Origin: an uncultured Acidobacteriota bacterium
GTDB lineage: Bacteria; Acidobacteriota; Thermoanaerobaculia; Multivoradales; JAHEKO01
Reading direction: 5' to 3'
Length of the DNA: 64,000 nt
Assembly: GCA_963713825.1 (NCBI GenBank)
Contig: CAVQNG010000034.1
Span: 1-64,000 of the forward strand
Both the position numbers and the translations under genes were made by a program. Under the pieces are notes generated by a model, which saw nothing but the letters and a program-made list of their open reading frames with translations, did no database searches and was not told the DNA's origin. Shown piece after piece: positions 1-12,115 of the stretch; the stretch's first letter is position 1; the number at the start of each line of letters is the position of its first letter.

Positions 1-131
1 TCCTTGCGCGAGCGAGGGCAAAGTGATGCACTGGTAGTCTGATGGAAGGGCCGGTCTACGGGAAAGACGACCCGAAGTTGAGGAGAGTTACGAACGGTTA
101 CACTCGCCTTGACCGATGATCTCCCGGAAAC

Positions 132-3100
132 GTGAAACTCGAAGTGAACGCCACCGACCCCGTGATCGCCGCTCCTGCCGAGTGGGAAGAACCGATCCGC
201 GCCGAGATCTTCGGCATCGAGCGCCTCGCGCAGCACGCCGAGAGCCTGGCCGCGGCACAGCGCAGCACCGAAGGACCCTCCAAAGGACGGAATCTCCTCC
301 CGAGGGTCCGCGACAATGCCCAGGTGCTCCTGGCCGCTTACCGAAACATCGCCGGAGACGGTCAGGGAGAAGGGCGAGATCACGCCCGCAGCGGAATGGC
401 TCCTCGACAACTTCTATATCGTGGAGGAACAGATCCGCGGAATCCGGGACCACCTTCCTGGAGAGCTACTACCGCCTGCTGCCGAAGATCGCCGCGGGCC
501 ACCTCGCGGGATACCCACGCGTCTATGCGTTGACCTGGGCCTACGTCGCCCATACTGACAGTCGGTTCGAGCTTGAGACGCTGCAGCGATTCGTGCGCGC
601 CTACCAGGGTGTCCAGCCGCTCACCATCGGGGAGCTCTGGGCGGTACCCATCCACCTGCGCGTCGCTCTGGTGGAAAATCTGCGGCGGCTGTCGCAGCTG
701 ATCGTCCGCTCCCGGCACGCGCGCGCCCAGGCCGATGAGCTGGCCGACCGCCTGCTGGGCCTGAGCGGCCGACCGGCTGAGCACGCTGACGCTGTTCTGG
801 GACCTCTCGATGACGTCCCACTGCGCCGCTCGTTCACCGTCCAGCTCGTCCAGCGGCTTCGTGACCAGGGACCTTCGATCATGCCGGCCCTGGCCTGGCT
901 CGACAGGAAGGTGAGCTCCCAGGGAAGGTCGGCCGATGAGTTGGTGTCCGAGGAGCTCAGTGCCCAGGCCGCGGCCAGTGTGACCGTCCGCAACATCATC
1001 ACCAGCATGCGGTGGATGTCCTCCATCGACTGGCTCGAGTTTTTCGAGGGCGTCAGTCTGGTGGACGAAGTCCTCCGCGCCGCTCCCGGGTTTGCGGCCT
1101 CCGATTTCGCGACGCGGGACGACTACCGCGGCCAGATCGAGGTGCTCTCCCGGGGTTCTGGGCGATCGGAGATCGAGGTAGCACGGGAAAGTGTGCTCCT
1201 GGCCGAGAACGCAGCCCGAGGACAAGGGGCAGCGGCAGGCCCAGAGGTGGAGGCCGACTCTCGCGAGAGCGAGCTGGGGCTTCCCGCTGTTTCCGAGCGC
1301 GCCGAGGAGGACCCGGGGTACTACCTTCTTTCCCGGGGCAGACCGGCTTTCGAGAGGCGTCTAGGGTTTCGCGTTCCGTGGCGAAACCGGCTTCGCCGCT
1401 TCCATCGCGCCCATGCGACCGCCGGATACCTGGGATCGATTGCTCTCCTCACCGCCCTCCTGCTCTCAGGCCTGCTTTTCTTCACCTGGACGGCCGGGGC
1501 GAGCCTCTCGGCCCTCGTCTTGCTCGGGATTCTGGGTCTGGTGCCCGCCTCGGAGATCGCGGTGTCCCTCGTCCATCGCCTGGTGCCGCTTCTCGTTCGA
1601 CCCAAGTTGCTGCCCAAGCTCGAGCTTGCTCGAGGCGTGCCTCCGGAGCTTCGAACCATGGTCGTCGTGCCGATGCTGCTCACGAGCCGTGACGACATCG
1701 AAGAGCAGGTCGAGCGGCTCGAGGTGCACTACCTGGCAAATCCTGAAGGCCATCTGCACTATGCCCTGCTGAGCGACTGGGCGGACGCGCCCAGCGAACA
1801 TATCCCCGGCGACGAGGATCTCCTCGCCGCGCTGGCCGACGGCATCGCGCGCCTCAATCAGAGATACGAGGGTCTTCCCGGAGGCGGCAGTCGTTTCCTC
1901 TTGCTGCATCGTCGACGCCTCTGGAACGAGAAGGAAGGCAAATGGATTGGCTGGGAAAGGAAGCGCGGGAAACTCCACGAGCTGAACCGGCTTCTTCGCG
2001 GCGCCAGCGACACCACCTTCATTCCAGTCTCCGGACAATCACCCTCGGTGCCCCAGGGGGTCCGCTTCGTCATTACCCTGGACGCCGACACCCGGCTTCC
2101 CAAGGCGAGCGCCTACCGCCTCGTTGGGGCAGCAGCTCATCCGTTGAATCGACCGCGCTTCGATCGCCGGAAAGGCCGCGTCGTCGAGGGCTACGCGGTC
2201 ATTCAGCCCCGGATCACGCCGTCCTTGCCGACAGGTCCGAAAAGCACGGATTTCCAGCGGATCATCTCGGGCCCTGGAGGCGTCGACCCGTACGCGGCGG
2301 CCGTCTCCGATGTGTATCAGGACCTCTTCGGCGAGGGATCCTTCACGGGAAAAGGAATCTACGACGTCGATGCCTTCGAGACGGCGCTCGAGGGAAAAGT
2401 CCCGGAGAACACGCTCCTCAGCCACGATCTGTTCGAGGGCTCGTTTGCGCGCGCCGGGTTGGCGACCGATGTGGATCTATTCGAAGATTTCCCCACCAAC
2501 TACGAGGTGGCCGCACGCCGCCTGCATCGATGGGTGCGGGGCGACTGGCAGCTCCTACCCTGGATCCTGGGACAGGCGCGCGACGCCACGGGGCAGAAGC
2601 AGAGAGCTGGTACCCCCGCCCGAAGCCGTTGGAAGATGGTGGACAATCTCCGCCGAAGTCTCGTCGCGCCGTTCGCGTTTCTGGTAGCGGTGGCCGGCTG
2701 GGTTCTACCTGCTGTTCCGCCCCTCCTCTGGACCGGCCTGCTCGTCGGAGTCGTCGCTGTGCCGACCGTCATCCCGGTCCTCGACGGCCTCCTGCCGGGG
2801 CGATGGGGGATCTCCAAGCGGAGCCACCTGCGGGCCGTAGGAAGGGACATCTCCGTGGCCGCGTCGCAGATGCTCCTGGCCATCTCCATGCTGGCCCATC
2901 AGGCCTGGCTGATGGTGGATGCAGTGGTGCGTACGCTCGGGCGGCTCTACTTCACGAAGAGGAACCTGCTCGAGTGGGTGGCGGCTGCACAGTCGGGCTA
3001 CGGGATCGACCTGAGGCTCCGGGCCTTCTACCAGCACCTTCGCTGGGGTCTGGTCCTGGCAGTAGGAGCGGGCTTGCTCGTCGTTGTCCTGAAGCCAGAA

Positions 3101-6100
3101 GCCTATCCCGTGGCAGCGCCGTTCGTCCTCCTCTGGCTGCTGGCGCCCGTCCTCGCGTGGTGGGTGAGTGTCCCAGCGAGGATCGCAAAGTCACAGATTC
3201 TCTCGTCCCAGGAGACGCGCTTCTTGCGGCTCATCGCCCGTCAGACCTGGCGCTTCTTCGAGACCTTTGTGGACGAGGAGGAGCATGCCCTTCCGCCGGA
3301 CAACTTTCAGGAAGATCCCGAGCCAGTCGAAGCCCACCGCACCTCGCCGACGAATCTGGGTCTATATCTCCTGAGCACAGTGGTCGCCCATGACTTCGGC
3401 TGGATTGGGGTTCTGGAGACGGTGGAGCGGCTCGAAGCCACGCTTCAGACGATGGGCGAGTTGCGCCGCGTCCGAGGCCACTTCTGCAACTGGTACGACA
3501 CGCGGGACCTCCGGCCCTTGGAGCCCATCTACGTTTCCACCGTGGACAGTGGCAATCTGGCCGGGCACCTGATCGCCCTATCTCAAAGTTGCCGCGAGCT
3601 CATACAGCGCCCCCTCTTCGGCCCGGAGGTCCTGGGAGGGGTCCGCGACGCTCTCCAGTTGGTTCTCGATTCCGTGGAGATGGCCGAGCATGCCCAGCCT
3701 ACGGGGATGGCCACCGCGGTGCAGCTGGGTGAGGCCGCGGCAACGATGTCGGTCGCTCTCGAGGATCCACCGACGTCCCTTCCCGAATGGGTCGAAAGGC
3801 TCGACAAGCTGGAGACCCAGGCGGAGATTCTTCTGGATATCGCCCGCACTCTCTCGAACGATGTCGAGGACGGGACCCTATCCGAGGTCCTGACCTGGGC
3901 CGAGGCGGTTCAGAACTGCGTTCAGAGCCACATCCGCGATCTCGAGACGAGCTTGCCCGAGGGGGCGACGGCCCTAGAACACCGTCTCTCGGCCCTCGCA
4001 CTGCTCGCCGAGGGGATGGTCCGGGCCATGGACTTTCGGTTCCTCTACGACTCTTCGCGTCGGCTATTTTCCATTGGCTACCGGGTGACCGAAGGCAGGC
4101 TCGATCCCAGCAGCTACGACCTGCTGGCCTCAGAGGCTAGGTTGGCAAGCTTCCTAGCCATCGCCAAGGGCGACGTTTCACCCCGACACTGGTTCCTCCT
4201 CGGCCGGTCTCTCACTCCGGTGGGGCGTGGTGCGGCCCTCGTCTCGTGGTCGGGGTCCATGTTCGAATACCTGATGCCGCTCCTTGTCATGCGGCAACCC
4301 GCCCACAGTCTTCTGGATCTCACCTGTCGTCTCGTCGTGGGGCGCCAGATCCGATACGGCACCGAGCGGAAGGTCCCGTGGGGGGTTTCGGAATCAGCCT
4401 ACAACGTTCGCGACGTGCAGCTCACGTATCAGTACTCGGCGTTTGGCGTGCCCGGATTGGGGCTCAAGCGAGGGCTGTTCGAAGACGTGGTCGTGGCTCC
4501 CTACGCCACCGCCCTCGCGGCCATGGTGAATCCCAAGGCCGCCCTGAACAACTTTGCCCGCCTGGAGGAAGTCGGTGCCCGAGGCGTCTACGGGTTCTAC
4601 GAAGCCCTCGATTACACCCCTTCGAGGTTGCCGGACGATGCCGAGGTCGCCGTGGTCCGGGCATACATGGCCCATCACCAGGGGATGACCCTCGTCGCCC
4701 TCGGCAACGTGCTTCACGATGGCCTCACCCGAAGGCGTTTTCACGCCCATCCCTTGGTCCAGGCCGCGGAGCTCCTGCTCCAGGAGCGCACGCCGCGTGC
4801 GGTGGCCGTGGCCCGACCCCGGGGCGAGGAAGTGCGGGAGGCCGCGCTCGTGCGCGACCTCGTTCCCGCCACCCTGCGGCGGTTCGAGTCGCCGCACGAC
4901 ATCACTCCCCGCACTCATCTCCTTTCCAACGGACGCTACACGGTCATGGTCACGGCGGCGGGCTCCGGGTTCAGCCGCTGGGGGGACCTTGCCGTCACCC
5001 GCTGGCGGGAGGACACAACACGTGACTGCTGGGGCTCGTTCCTCTTCTTGCGGGACGTGGAGACCGGTGACGTGTGGTCCGCTGGATTCCAGCCAAGCGG
5101 AACCGAAGCGGACACCTACGAAGTCGTCTATTCCGAAGACCGGGCCAAGATCATGCAGCATCATCGCTCCCTTTGGATCGCCCTGGAGATCGTGGTTTCC
5201 CCCGAGGACGACGCCGAGCTTCGCCGGCTGACGGTGACCAATCTCGACAACCATGACCGTGAGATCGATGTCACGTCCTATGCCGAGGTCGTGCTGGCTC
5301 CGCAGGGTGCGGACGAGGCCCATCCCGCCTTCTCGAATCTGTTTGTAGAAACGGAGTTCGTCCCCGAGCTCGGGACGCTGCTGGCTACACGGCGCCCTCG
5401 TTCGGCAGTCGAGCCCCAGGTCTGGCTCGCCCATCTGACCGCAGTCGAGGGGGAGACGGACGGCGATCTGCAGTACGAGAGCGACCGGGCACGCTTTCTG
5501 GGCCGCGGCCGCAGGGTTCGAACGCCGCTCTCTGTGGTTGGCGGGGAGGCACTTTCGAACACGGCGGGAACGGTTCTGGATCCAATTGTGAGCCTCCGTC
5601 ATCGCGTCGCGATTCCTGCTCGAGGAACAGTCAATCTCGTCTTCACCTGGCTCGTGGCGCCTTCCCGGAAAGAGGCCCTCGAGAGTGCGGAGAAGTACCA
5701 CCAGTCGGCAACGTTCGAGCGGGAAAGCTCTTTGGCTTGGACTCAGGCTTACGTCCAGCTGCACCACCTCCGGATCAACCGGGACGAGGCGCATCTCTTC
5801 CAGCGTCTGGCCAATCGTCTGCTCTACGCCGATCCAACGCTGCGTGCGGCACCTCAGGACCTGGCCAGGAGCCGCGGCGGTCCGTCCGGGCTCTGGGCCT
5901 ACGGCATCTCCGGCGATCGTCCGATCGCGCTGCTAAGCATCGAAACGGAGGAGGACCTGCAGCTCGTAAGGCAGCTCCTGCGAGCACACGAGTACTGGTA
6001 CCGAAAGGGGATTGCCGCCGACCTGGTGATCCTGAATGCACAAGGCACTTCCTACGCACCAGGCCTCCAGGCGTCCATCGAAGCAATGGTGCAAGCGATC

Positions 6101-8749
6101 CAGTCCGCGGCCGGTCACGAGGACCATCCCGAGCATGGAGGCGTATTCTCGCTCAGGGCCGACCTCGTGCCACGGCGGGATCGGATCCTGTTGCGTGCTG
6201 CGGCGCGAGTGGTGATTCTGGCGCGCCGGGGTACGCTGGCTGAGCAGGTGGTGCGTCTGCAGCGGGTGAGGCCGGGGCCTGGGCCGCCGCGACTCCACTC
6301 GCCGCGCGAGACGGCCGAGACCGTTGCTGCCCCCTCGCTGGATCTCGAGTTCTTCAATGGCCTGGGGGGATTCACACCGGACGGCCGCGAATATGTCACG
6401 GCTCTGGGCAAGGGGCAGTGGACCCCGGCTCCCTGGATCAATGTTGTGTCCAACCCGGGATTCGGTTTCCAGGTTTCCGAGTCGGGCTCGGGCTATACCT
6501 GGTGCGAGAACAGCCGGGAGAACAAGCTCACGCCGTGGTCCAACGATCCCGTCAGCGACGCTCCGGGCGAGACGTTCTATGTGCGAGACGAGGACAGTGG
6601 TCTGCTCTGGGGGCCGACCTGTCTCCCCATCCGCGAAGAAGCCTGGCCCTATGTCATCCGGCACGGTCAAGGGTACAGTCGATTCGAGCACACATCGCAC
6701 GGCATCGCACTGGATCTCCTGCAGTTCGTACCGCTGGATGATCCGATCAAGATCTCTCGCCTCATTCTGGAGAATCGGTCCGGCCACAGAAGGCGTCTCT
6801 CGGTGACGGCCTATGCGGAGTGGGTGCTGGGTGTTGGGCGCACGGGTGCCGCGCCTTTCGTGGTTACTGAAGTCGATCCCGCGACGGGAGCCATGTTTGC
6901 GCGCAATACCTGGAACGGAGAGTTCGCGAACCGGATCGCATTCGCCGATCTGTGCGGCCGCCAAACCTCCTGGACTGGCGACCGCCTCGAGTTTCTGGGC
7001 CGCAACGCCGACCTCGAACATCCCGCGTCGCTCGAACATGGCGCGGAGTTTTCGGGCAAGACCGGAGCCGGCCTGGATCCGTGTGCCGCCTTGCAGACCA
7101 AAGTGGAGCTTGAACCGGGACAACGCACCGAAGTGCTGTTCTTTCTGGGGCAGGGGGACAGCCATGAGCAGGCTCGATTCCTGGTCGATCGCTACCGCAC
7201 GATGAACTGCGATGCGGTTCTCCGCGAGGTCCAGGAGCACTGGGACCGGATTCTGGGTGCGGTCCAGGTCAAGACCCCCGAGCCCTCCATGGACCTTCTC
7301 CTCAACCGCTGGCTGCTCTATCAAACACTCTCCTGTCGAATCTGGGGCCGCTCTGCGTTCTATCAATCAGGAGGAGCGTACGGATTCCGCGACCAGCTGC
7401 AGGACGTCATGGCCCTGGCGGTGACGGAGCCCGAGATCGCGCGCCAGCATCTCCTGCGGGCCTCAACCCGGCAGTTTCCTGAAGGCGATGTCCAGCACTG
7501 GTGGCATCCACCCACCGGCCGCGGAGTTCGGACCCGGATTTCCGACGACCGCCTCTGGCTGCCGTATGCGGTGGCACATTATCTGAAGACGACTGAGGAT
7601 CGGACGGTTCTCGATGCGCAGATTCCGTGGCTCGAGGGGGCGGCTCTCGAGGAGGACCAGCAAGAAGCTTACTTCGAGCCCGATGGGTCGGAGGATCAGG
7701 CGACACTCTACGAACATTGCGCCCGGGCCCTGGACCGCAGTCTCGAGGTGGGCAGCCACGGCCTTCCCTTGATGGGGGCCGGGGATTGGAACGATGGCAT
7801 GAACCGTGTCGGCCACGAAGGCCGGGGAGAAAGTGTCTGGCTGGGCTGGTTTCTTCTTGCCAACCTCGAGGAGTTCGCCAGAATCGCCGCCACGCGCGAC
7901 GAGGTCGAACGTGCCGCACGGTGGCGGATGGGTGCCGCTTCTCTCAAGGCCTCTCTGGAGCGGGAGGGGTGGGACGGCGCTTGGTACAAACGGGCCTTCT
8001 TCGACGACGGGACACCGCTCGGCTCGGCGGAGAACGACGAATGCCAGATCGACTCCATATCCCAGTCCTGGGCGGTCCTTTCGGGCGCTGGCAGTGAGGA
8101 GCGAGCCCGTCAGGCCATGGAGTCCGTGGAGCGACGGCTCGTTCGCCGGGAAAGCGGGCTTTTGCTGCTGCTCTACCCGCCATTCGACCGGACCCCCCTG
8201 GACCCGGGTTACATCAAGGGATACGTTCCCGGAATCCGGGAGAACGGCGGACAGTACACCCACGCCGCCATATGGTCGGTCGCGGCCTTCGCCATGCTCG
8301 GCGAGGGAGACAAGGCCACCGATCTCTTCAACCTGCTGAACCCCATCCAGCATACGAGCAGTGGGGCGGATCTTCACCGGTACAAGGTGGAGCCGTACGC
8401 AATAGCCGCAGACGTCTACTCCGAACCTCCTCACGAGGGCCGGGGGGGATGGACCTGGTACACGGGGGCGGCTGCCTGGCTTTACCGCGCCGGCCTGGAG
8501 TGGATTCTCGGATTCCAGAAGCGAGGCTCCGCCCTCTGCATCGATCCGTGTATCCCGAAGGATTGGAAACGCTTCGAGATCGCCTACCGTCATGGCGACA
8601 CGCTCTACCGGATCACCGTCGAAAACCCGCACGGAGTGTGCCGGGGGGTATCCCGGGTCAGCCTTGACGGAACCCTGCTTCAGGGAGAAGCGCTTGTCCC
8701 TTTGGCCGACGACGCTCGCGAACACGAAGTCCAGGTGGTGCTCGGATAG
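132..8749 (+). CDS. ndvB: Cyclic beta-1,2-glucan synthase (Cgs/NdvB/ChvB type: glycosyltransferase + glucoamylase-like cyclization domain + GH94 phosphorylase); two +1 frameshifts near the 5' end
   Basis: ~2870 aa when three frames are joined: MKLEV...EEPIRAEIFGIERLAQHAESLA (132, GTG), EITPAAEWLLDNFYIVEEQIR (ORF 316) and YYRLLPK...GYPRVY (ORF 116). Motifs GWERKRGKL, TLDADT, LLSHDLFEG, RWVRGDWQ, SWSGSMFEY, GAYGFRDQLQD, GDWNDGMN, ENGGQYTH, WTWYTG. Confidence 0.93.
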
Positions 8750-8775
8750 GCCTTCGAGCCATGGGTTCGAAGGCC
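8749..8775 (+). terminator. Hairpin immediately after the ndvB stop
   Basis: GGCCTTCGA-GCCATGGGT-TCGAAGGCC inverted repeat; no U-tract. Confidence 0.4.
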
Positions 8776-8814
8776 GCCGTCGAGGGATTGCAGATGTCGA
8801 GCGCTGGATACCGA

Positions 8815-8846
8815 AGAAGAAAAAGGACCCCCCTTGCGGAGGGTCC
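8815..8846 (-). terminator. Rho-independent terminator of the RRM gene
   Basis: Minus strand: GC stem GGACCC...GGGTCC with GCAA-containing loop, followed by TTTTTCTTC, downstream of the RRM stop. Confidence 0.7.
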
Positions 8847-8914
8847 GAGCCAGCTTCACCGCGGCCGAGGTCCCGAGAACCTCGGCTGCGAGTAGCGACT
8901 AATGCGAGTAGCGA

Positions 8915-9193
8915 CTAAAAGGACGGCCGGCTATCGGAGCCGCCGCCGTCACGCCGTGGCCGCGCCTCGTTGACGGTGAGGCTGCGGTCTCCGAGAGTGG
9001 TTCCATTGAGTGCGCTGATCGCCGAGTCGGCGCCAGCAAGAGCCATTTCCACGAAGCCGAAGCCCCGCGACTGACCGGTTTGGCGGTCGGTGATCAGTTT
9101 GACGGACTCGACGGCGCCGTGCTCGGTGAAGAGCTGGCGGAGATCGTCTTCGGTCGTGTTGAAGGACAGATTGCCCACATAGATTTTCTTCAT
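8915..9193 (-). CDS. RRM (RNP-1) RNA-binding protein
   Basis: MKKIYVGNLSF (RNP2) and RGFGFVEM (RNP1), Gly/Arg tail; ATG at 9193 preceded by AAGG. Confidence 0.93.
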   Translation of the reverse strand: MKKIYVGNLSFNTTEDDLRQLFTEHGAVESVKLITDRQTGQSRGFGFVEMALAGADSAISALNGTTLGDRSLTVNEARPRRDGGGSDSRPSF

Positions 9194-9464
9194 AGTCTCT
9201 CTTTTTCCTTTTTCGTGTAACCGAGGCCGTGACCTCGCTACACCGATATTCCTAAACGATTCCTGGATCGGAATCTTCCGATCGAGCAAGTTCGCCTGTT
9301 GTCAGTTGGGAAAGCGGCTACTTCAGGAAGAACTCGGGATGCTTCAGGCTGCAGTGCACCCACTTGGCAGAGCGGTCCTACTCGTCCTCTTCACACTAGG
9401 GTAGTCCAAGACCGAAGTCAACCGCCGGTCCCAGATCAAGACTCTTGAGACAGTCGGGATTGCC

Positions 9465-9778
9465 GGACCCCAGGGTAGCGCAATGTGGCGTTGGGACTGG
9501 CCTGGGCCCCGACCAGCTCGGAGAGCCTCGACGCGCGCCCATTGGCCACTCGATCCGACCGCAGGGCACAGTACTTCATTTTGATCGATCGCGCCGGCAG
9601 TCGAGACTCGCCGATTTGCTGTAAATACTTGAAATGATGAGAGATCCGTCCGTGGCCGGGTACTTGCACTGCTCTCCGGGTGGCTCCAGGTGAACCTGCT
9701 CGCGCTCGGCTTCCGGAGCCACCACGGCACTCTCGCAGAAGATCGGAGAAAAATAGATGAGAAACGACACGGGCATGA
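9465..9778 (+). repeat. ~314-bp direct repeat, copy 1 (sigma-54 promoter cassette)
   Basis: Near-identical to 12116-12429 (offset 2651), running from GGACCCCAGGGTAGCGCAATG to ATGAGAAACGACACGGGCATGA. Confidence 0.95.
9653..9668 (+). promoter_or_regulatory. Sigma-54 -24/-12 promoter
   Basis: TGGCCGGGTACTTGCA (GG-N10-GC); IHF-like TAAATACTTGAAA at 9622-9634; candidate enhancer CTTCATTTTGATCGA at 9574. Confidence 0.75.
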
Positions 9779-10056
9779 CAGAGGCTAGCCAGCAGTACGC
9801 AGCGGCCCATGCGGCGCACCACGGGACGAAGGACTTGCGTGCAGCTCTCGAGCTTTACAAGGGCATCCTGGCCGCGCATCCGGACACCCAGGAGGCCGGG
9901 TACTCCCGGTCACAGATGCAGAACATCATCAAGGAAGTGGTCCCAGAGCGGGAGCTCTTGGAAGCTCAGGCGGGCATGGCAATGGCCCACTTCGGCGAGG
10001 ATCGACAGCAGGAGAGACGGATTCCGGTGCCGCCGATGGGGGAGGCAAGGGCATGA
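9757..10056 (+). CDS. Small helical (TPR-like) hypothetical protein
   Basis: 99-aa ORF with GGAG RBS downstream of the sigma-54 motif; 'AALELYKGILAAHPDTQEA' resembles a TPR helix pair. Confidence 0.65.
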   Translation: MRNDTGMTEASQQYAAAHAAHHGTKDLRAALELYKGILAAHPDTQEAGYSRSQMQNIIKEVVPERELLEAQAGMAMAHFGEDRQQERRIPVPPMGEARA

Positions 10057-10136
10057 TCAAGATGAAGGCGGTTCAGAGAGCCTCGCGGCGACGGGGCATG
10101 GGAGGCATGGGCGAGGGTATGGGGGGTATGTATTGA
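10053..10136 (+). pseudogene. Chimeric relic: first 14 codons of the Cys-rich gene fused to a GroEL-like GGM tail
   Basis: Translates MIKMKAVQRASRRR-GMGGMGEGMGGMY*; 10049-10090 matches 12422-12463. Confidence 0.55.
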
Positions 10137-10254
10137 TGCCGCTCCTCTACTGCGCGCGAAGGATCGAGGCCGGCTTGGCTCTCGAGGCGACCGGGGCAGT
10201 GCTCCTCACCCCCTCCACGATTGGTGGACCGGATGTGAAGGGCCATTCGCGATC

Positions 10255-11826
10255 GTGCTGGGCAGGGCCATGACGTCGCCCCACGGCCCCGGGCCGCTGT
10301 CGACAGACTTCGACACCTGGCAGACCGAGGCGCTGTCGGATCAGGCCAAGATCCTGGAATCCGTCCTCGAGTGCCTTCCCGATGGGGTCATTCTTGCCGA
10401 TCTGTCGGGCACGTTCCTGATCTTCAACAAAGCCGCCAAGCAGATCCTCGGCATCGGGCAACGGGTTGTGCCCTCGACGGACTGGGCGCAAACCTACGGC
10501 TTCTTTCACTCCGACGAGGTCACTCCCTACTCCAGTGACGAGCTACCGCTGGCGCGGGCTCTGCGGGGGCAAGAGGTCAACGGCGCCGAGGTTTTCGTCC
10601 GCAACAAACAGGTGCCTGACGGCCGCTGGATCAAGGCAAGCGCCGTGCCGTGGCGAGATGAGACGGGCGCAACGCGAGGAGCCCTCGTCATCTTTCGCGA
10701 CTTCAGCGACGAGAAGAGGTCGCAGGAGCTCAACGAGCGTCTTTCCAACGTCGTGGAGCAGACCGCCGACTCGGTCTTCATCACAGATCGGACCGGCACG
10801 ATCGTCTACGTCAATCCGGCTTTCGAGAAGGTCACAGGGTATTCGCGAGACGAGGCGCTAGGCAGCACCCCACGGCTGCTCAAGTCCGGCGAACATGACG
10901 GGCATTTCTACAAAGAGCTCTGGGACACCGTGCTCGGCGGTCGCGTGTTCCGGGGAACCCTGCTCAACCGGAAGAAGAACGGACAGGATTTCCATTCCGA
11001 GCAGACGATCAGTCCCATCGTCGGCGCCGACGGGCGCTGCGTGTCTCTGGTATCCGTAGCGAAAGACATCACCGAGCGCCTGCGCGCCGAGCGGCAGGAG
11101 GCGCAGCTGGAGGCGGCGCACGCGATTCAAATGAGGCTTTATCCGAGAGAGGTACCACAGGTCCCGGGTTTCGACATCGCGGGTGCTGTCCATCCGGCCG
11201 AGTCTCTGTGCGGCGACTACTTCGACTTCTTTCCCATGCCGGGCGGCTGCATCGGAATGACGATCGCGGACGTTTGCGGTCACGGAGTCGGCCCGGCGAT
11301 CCTCATGGCCCAGGCCCGCGCCTACCTGCGCTCGCTCGCGCTCACGCACGCCGACGTCGGCGAGATTCTCTGCCGGCTCAACGACATCCTCACCGTCGAG
11401 GGATCGCAGCGGGAGTTCGTGACCCAGATTCTCCTGCGCCTCGATCCGGACGCGAGGACCCTGGTATTCGCCAACGCCGGGCACCCGTCAGGGCTCCTGC
11501 TCGACTGCAACGGCGATGTCCGGGAAGAGCTCCGGAGTGGCGGCCTTCCCTTGGGCCTCTTCACAGATCAGCTCTATTCGTCGAGCCGGGCGATTCGCTT
11601 GGAGCCCGGCGACGTCTTGGTCCTGTTTACCGACGGGATCGTCGAGTCCAGTGACCTCGCCGGGAGCGAGTTCGGGACCAGACGGGTCCTCGAGCTCATT
11701 CGAAGCCACCGCGGAGATCCCGCCCATCAGATCCTGGAGGCCCTCAATGAAGCGGCCTGCAGCTTTCAATCCGGTGGCCCGCAGCTCGACGACATGACGG
11801 CGGTCGTCTGCAAGGTCGAGGGCTAG
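10255..11826 (+). CDS. PAS-PAS-SpoIIE (RsbU-like PP2C) phosphatase
   Basis: Two PAS domains (LPDGVILAD; IVYVNPAFEKVTGYS) and PP2C motifs GDYFD, IADVCGHG, LFTDG, DDMT; start may be 10270. Confidence 0.9.
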   Translation: MLGRAMTSPHGPGPLSTDFDTWQTEALSDQAKILESVLECLPDGVILADLSGTFLIFNKAAKQILGIGQRVVPSTDWAQTYGFFHSDEVTPYSSDELPLARALRGQEVNGAEVFVRNKQVPDGRWIKASAVPWRDETGATRGALVIFRDFSDEKRSQELNERLSNVVEQTADSVFITDRTGTIVYVNPAFEKVTGYSRDEALGSTPRLLKSGEHDGHFYKELWDTVLGGRVFRGTLLNRKKNGQDFHSEQTISPIVGADGRCVSLVSVAKDITERLRAERQEAQLEAAHAIQMRLYPREVPQVPGFDIAGAVHPAESLCGDYFDFFPMPGGCIGMTIADVCGHGVGPAILMAQARAYLRSLALTHADVGEILCRLNDILTVEGSQREFVTQILLRLDPDARTLVFANAGHPSGLLLDCNGDVREELRSGGLPLGLFTDQLYSSSRAIRLEPGDVLVLFTDGIVESSDLAGSEFGTRRVLELIRSHRGDPAHQILEALNEAACSFQSGGPQLDDMTAVVCKVEG

Positions 11827-12115
11827 GATCGATTTGCGCCTTTGCCGCCGATCGATCCCCAGTTCTTGAGTTTTCGGTAGAGCGTCGCCGAGCCGATCTG
11901 GAGCTGCTCGGCAGTGCGGGGCGGGAGGACCGAGATCTTGCGCGCCGTCCGAATTGCTGCGTCCGCGAGTATCAGCCGGACGAGCGGCAAGATGTCGTCC
12001 GTGCGATCACGCAGCGGTGGAACATGCAGCTCCACCACTTTGAGCCGATAGTAGAGGTCCTGCCGAAAGGTTCCTTTGTCGATCCCGGCGGCCAGGTCGC
12101 GGTTGGTGGCTACTA
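11823..12115 (-). pseudogene. Internally deleted remnant of a sigma-54 activator (AAA+ C-terminus + Fis HTH)
   Basis: ATNRDL...FRQDLYYRLKVVELHVPPLRDR...RTAEQLQIGSATLYRKLK, a paralog of 14449-16101. Lacks Walker A, GAFTGA and the WPGNVRELEN segment. Confidence 0.85.

Noticed and set aside
15-30. Possible sigma-54 site AGGGCAAAGTGATGCA upstream of ndvB
   Set aside because: Only GG-N10-GC matches; lacks TGGC and TTGC, and the upstream context is outside the window.
116-459. Arg-rich N-terminus of the 2877-aa ORF as given in the track
   Set aside because: Out-of-frame read-through; the real N-terminal motifs lie in the other two frames.
8887-8918. 16-bp tandem duplication TGCGAGTAGCGACTAA x2 at the RRM stop
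   Set aside because: Only two units with no spacers, so not CRISPR; likely local slippage.
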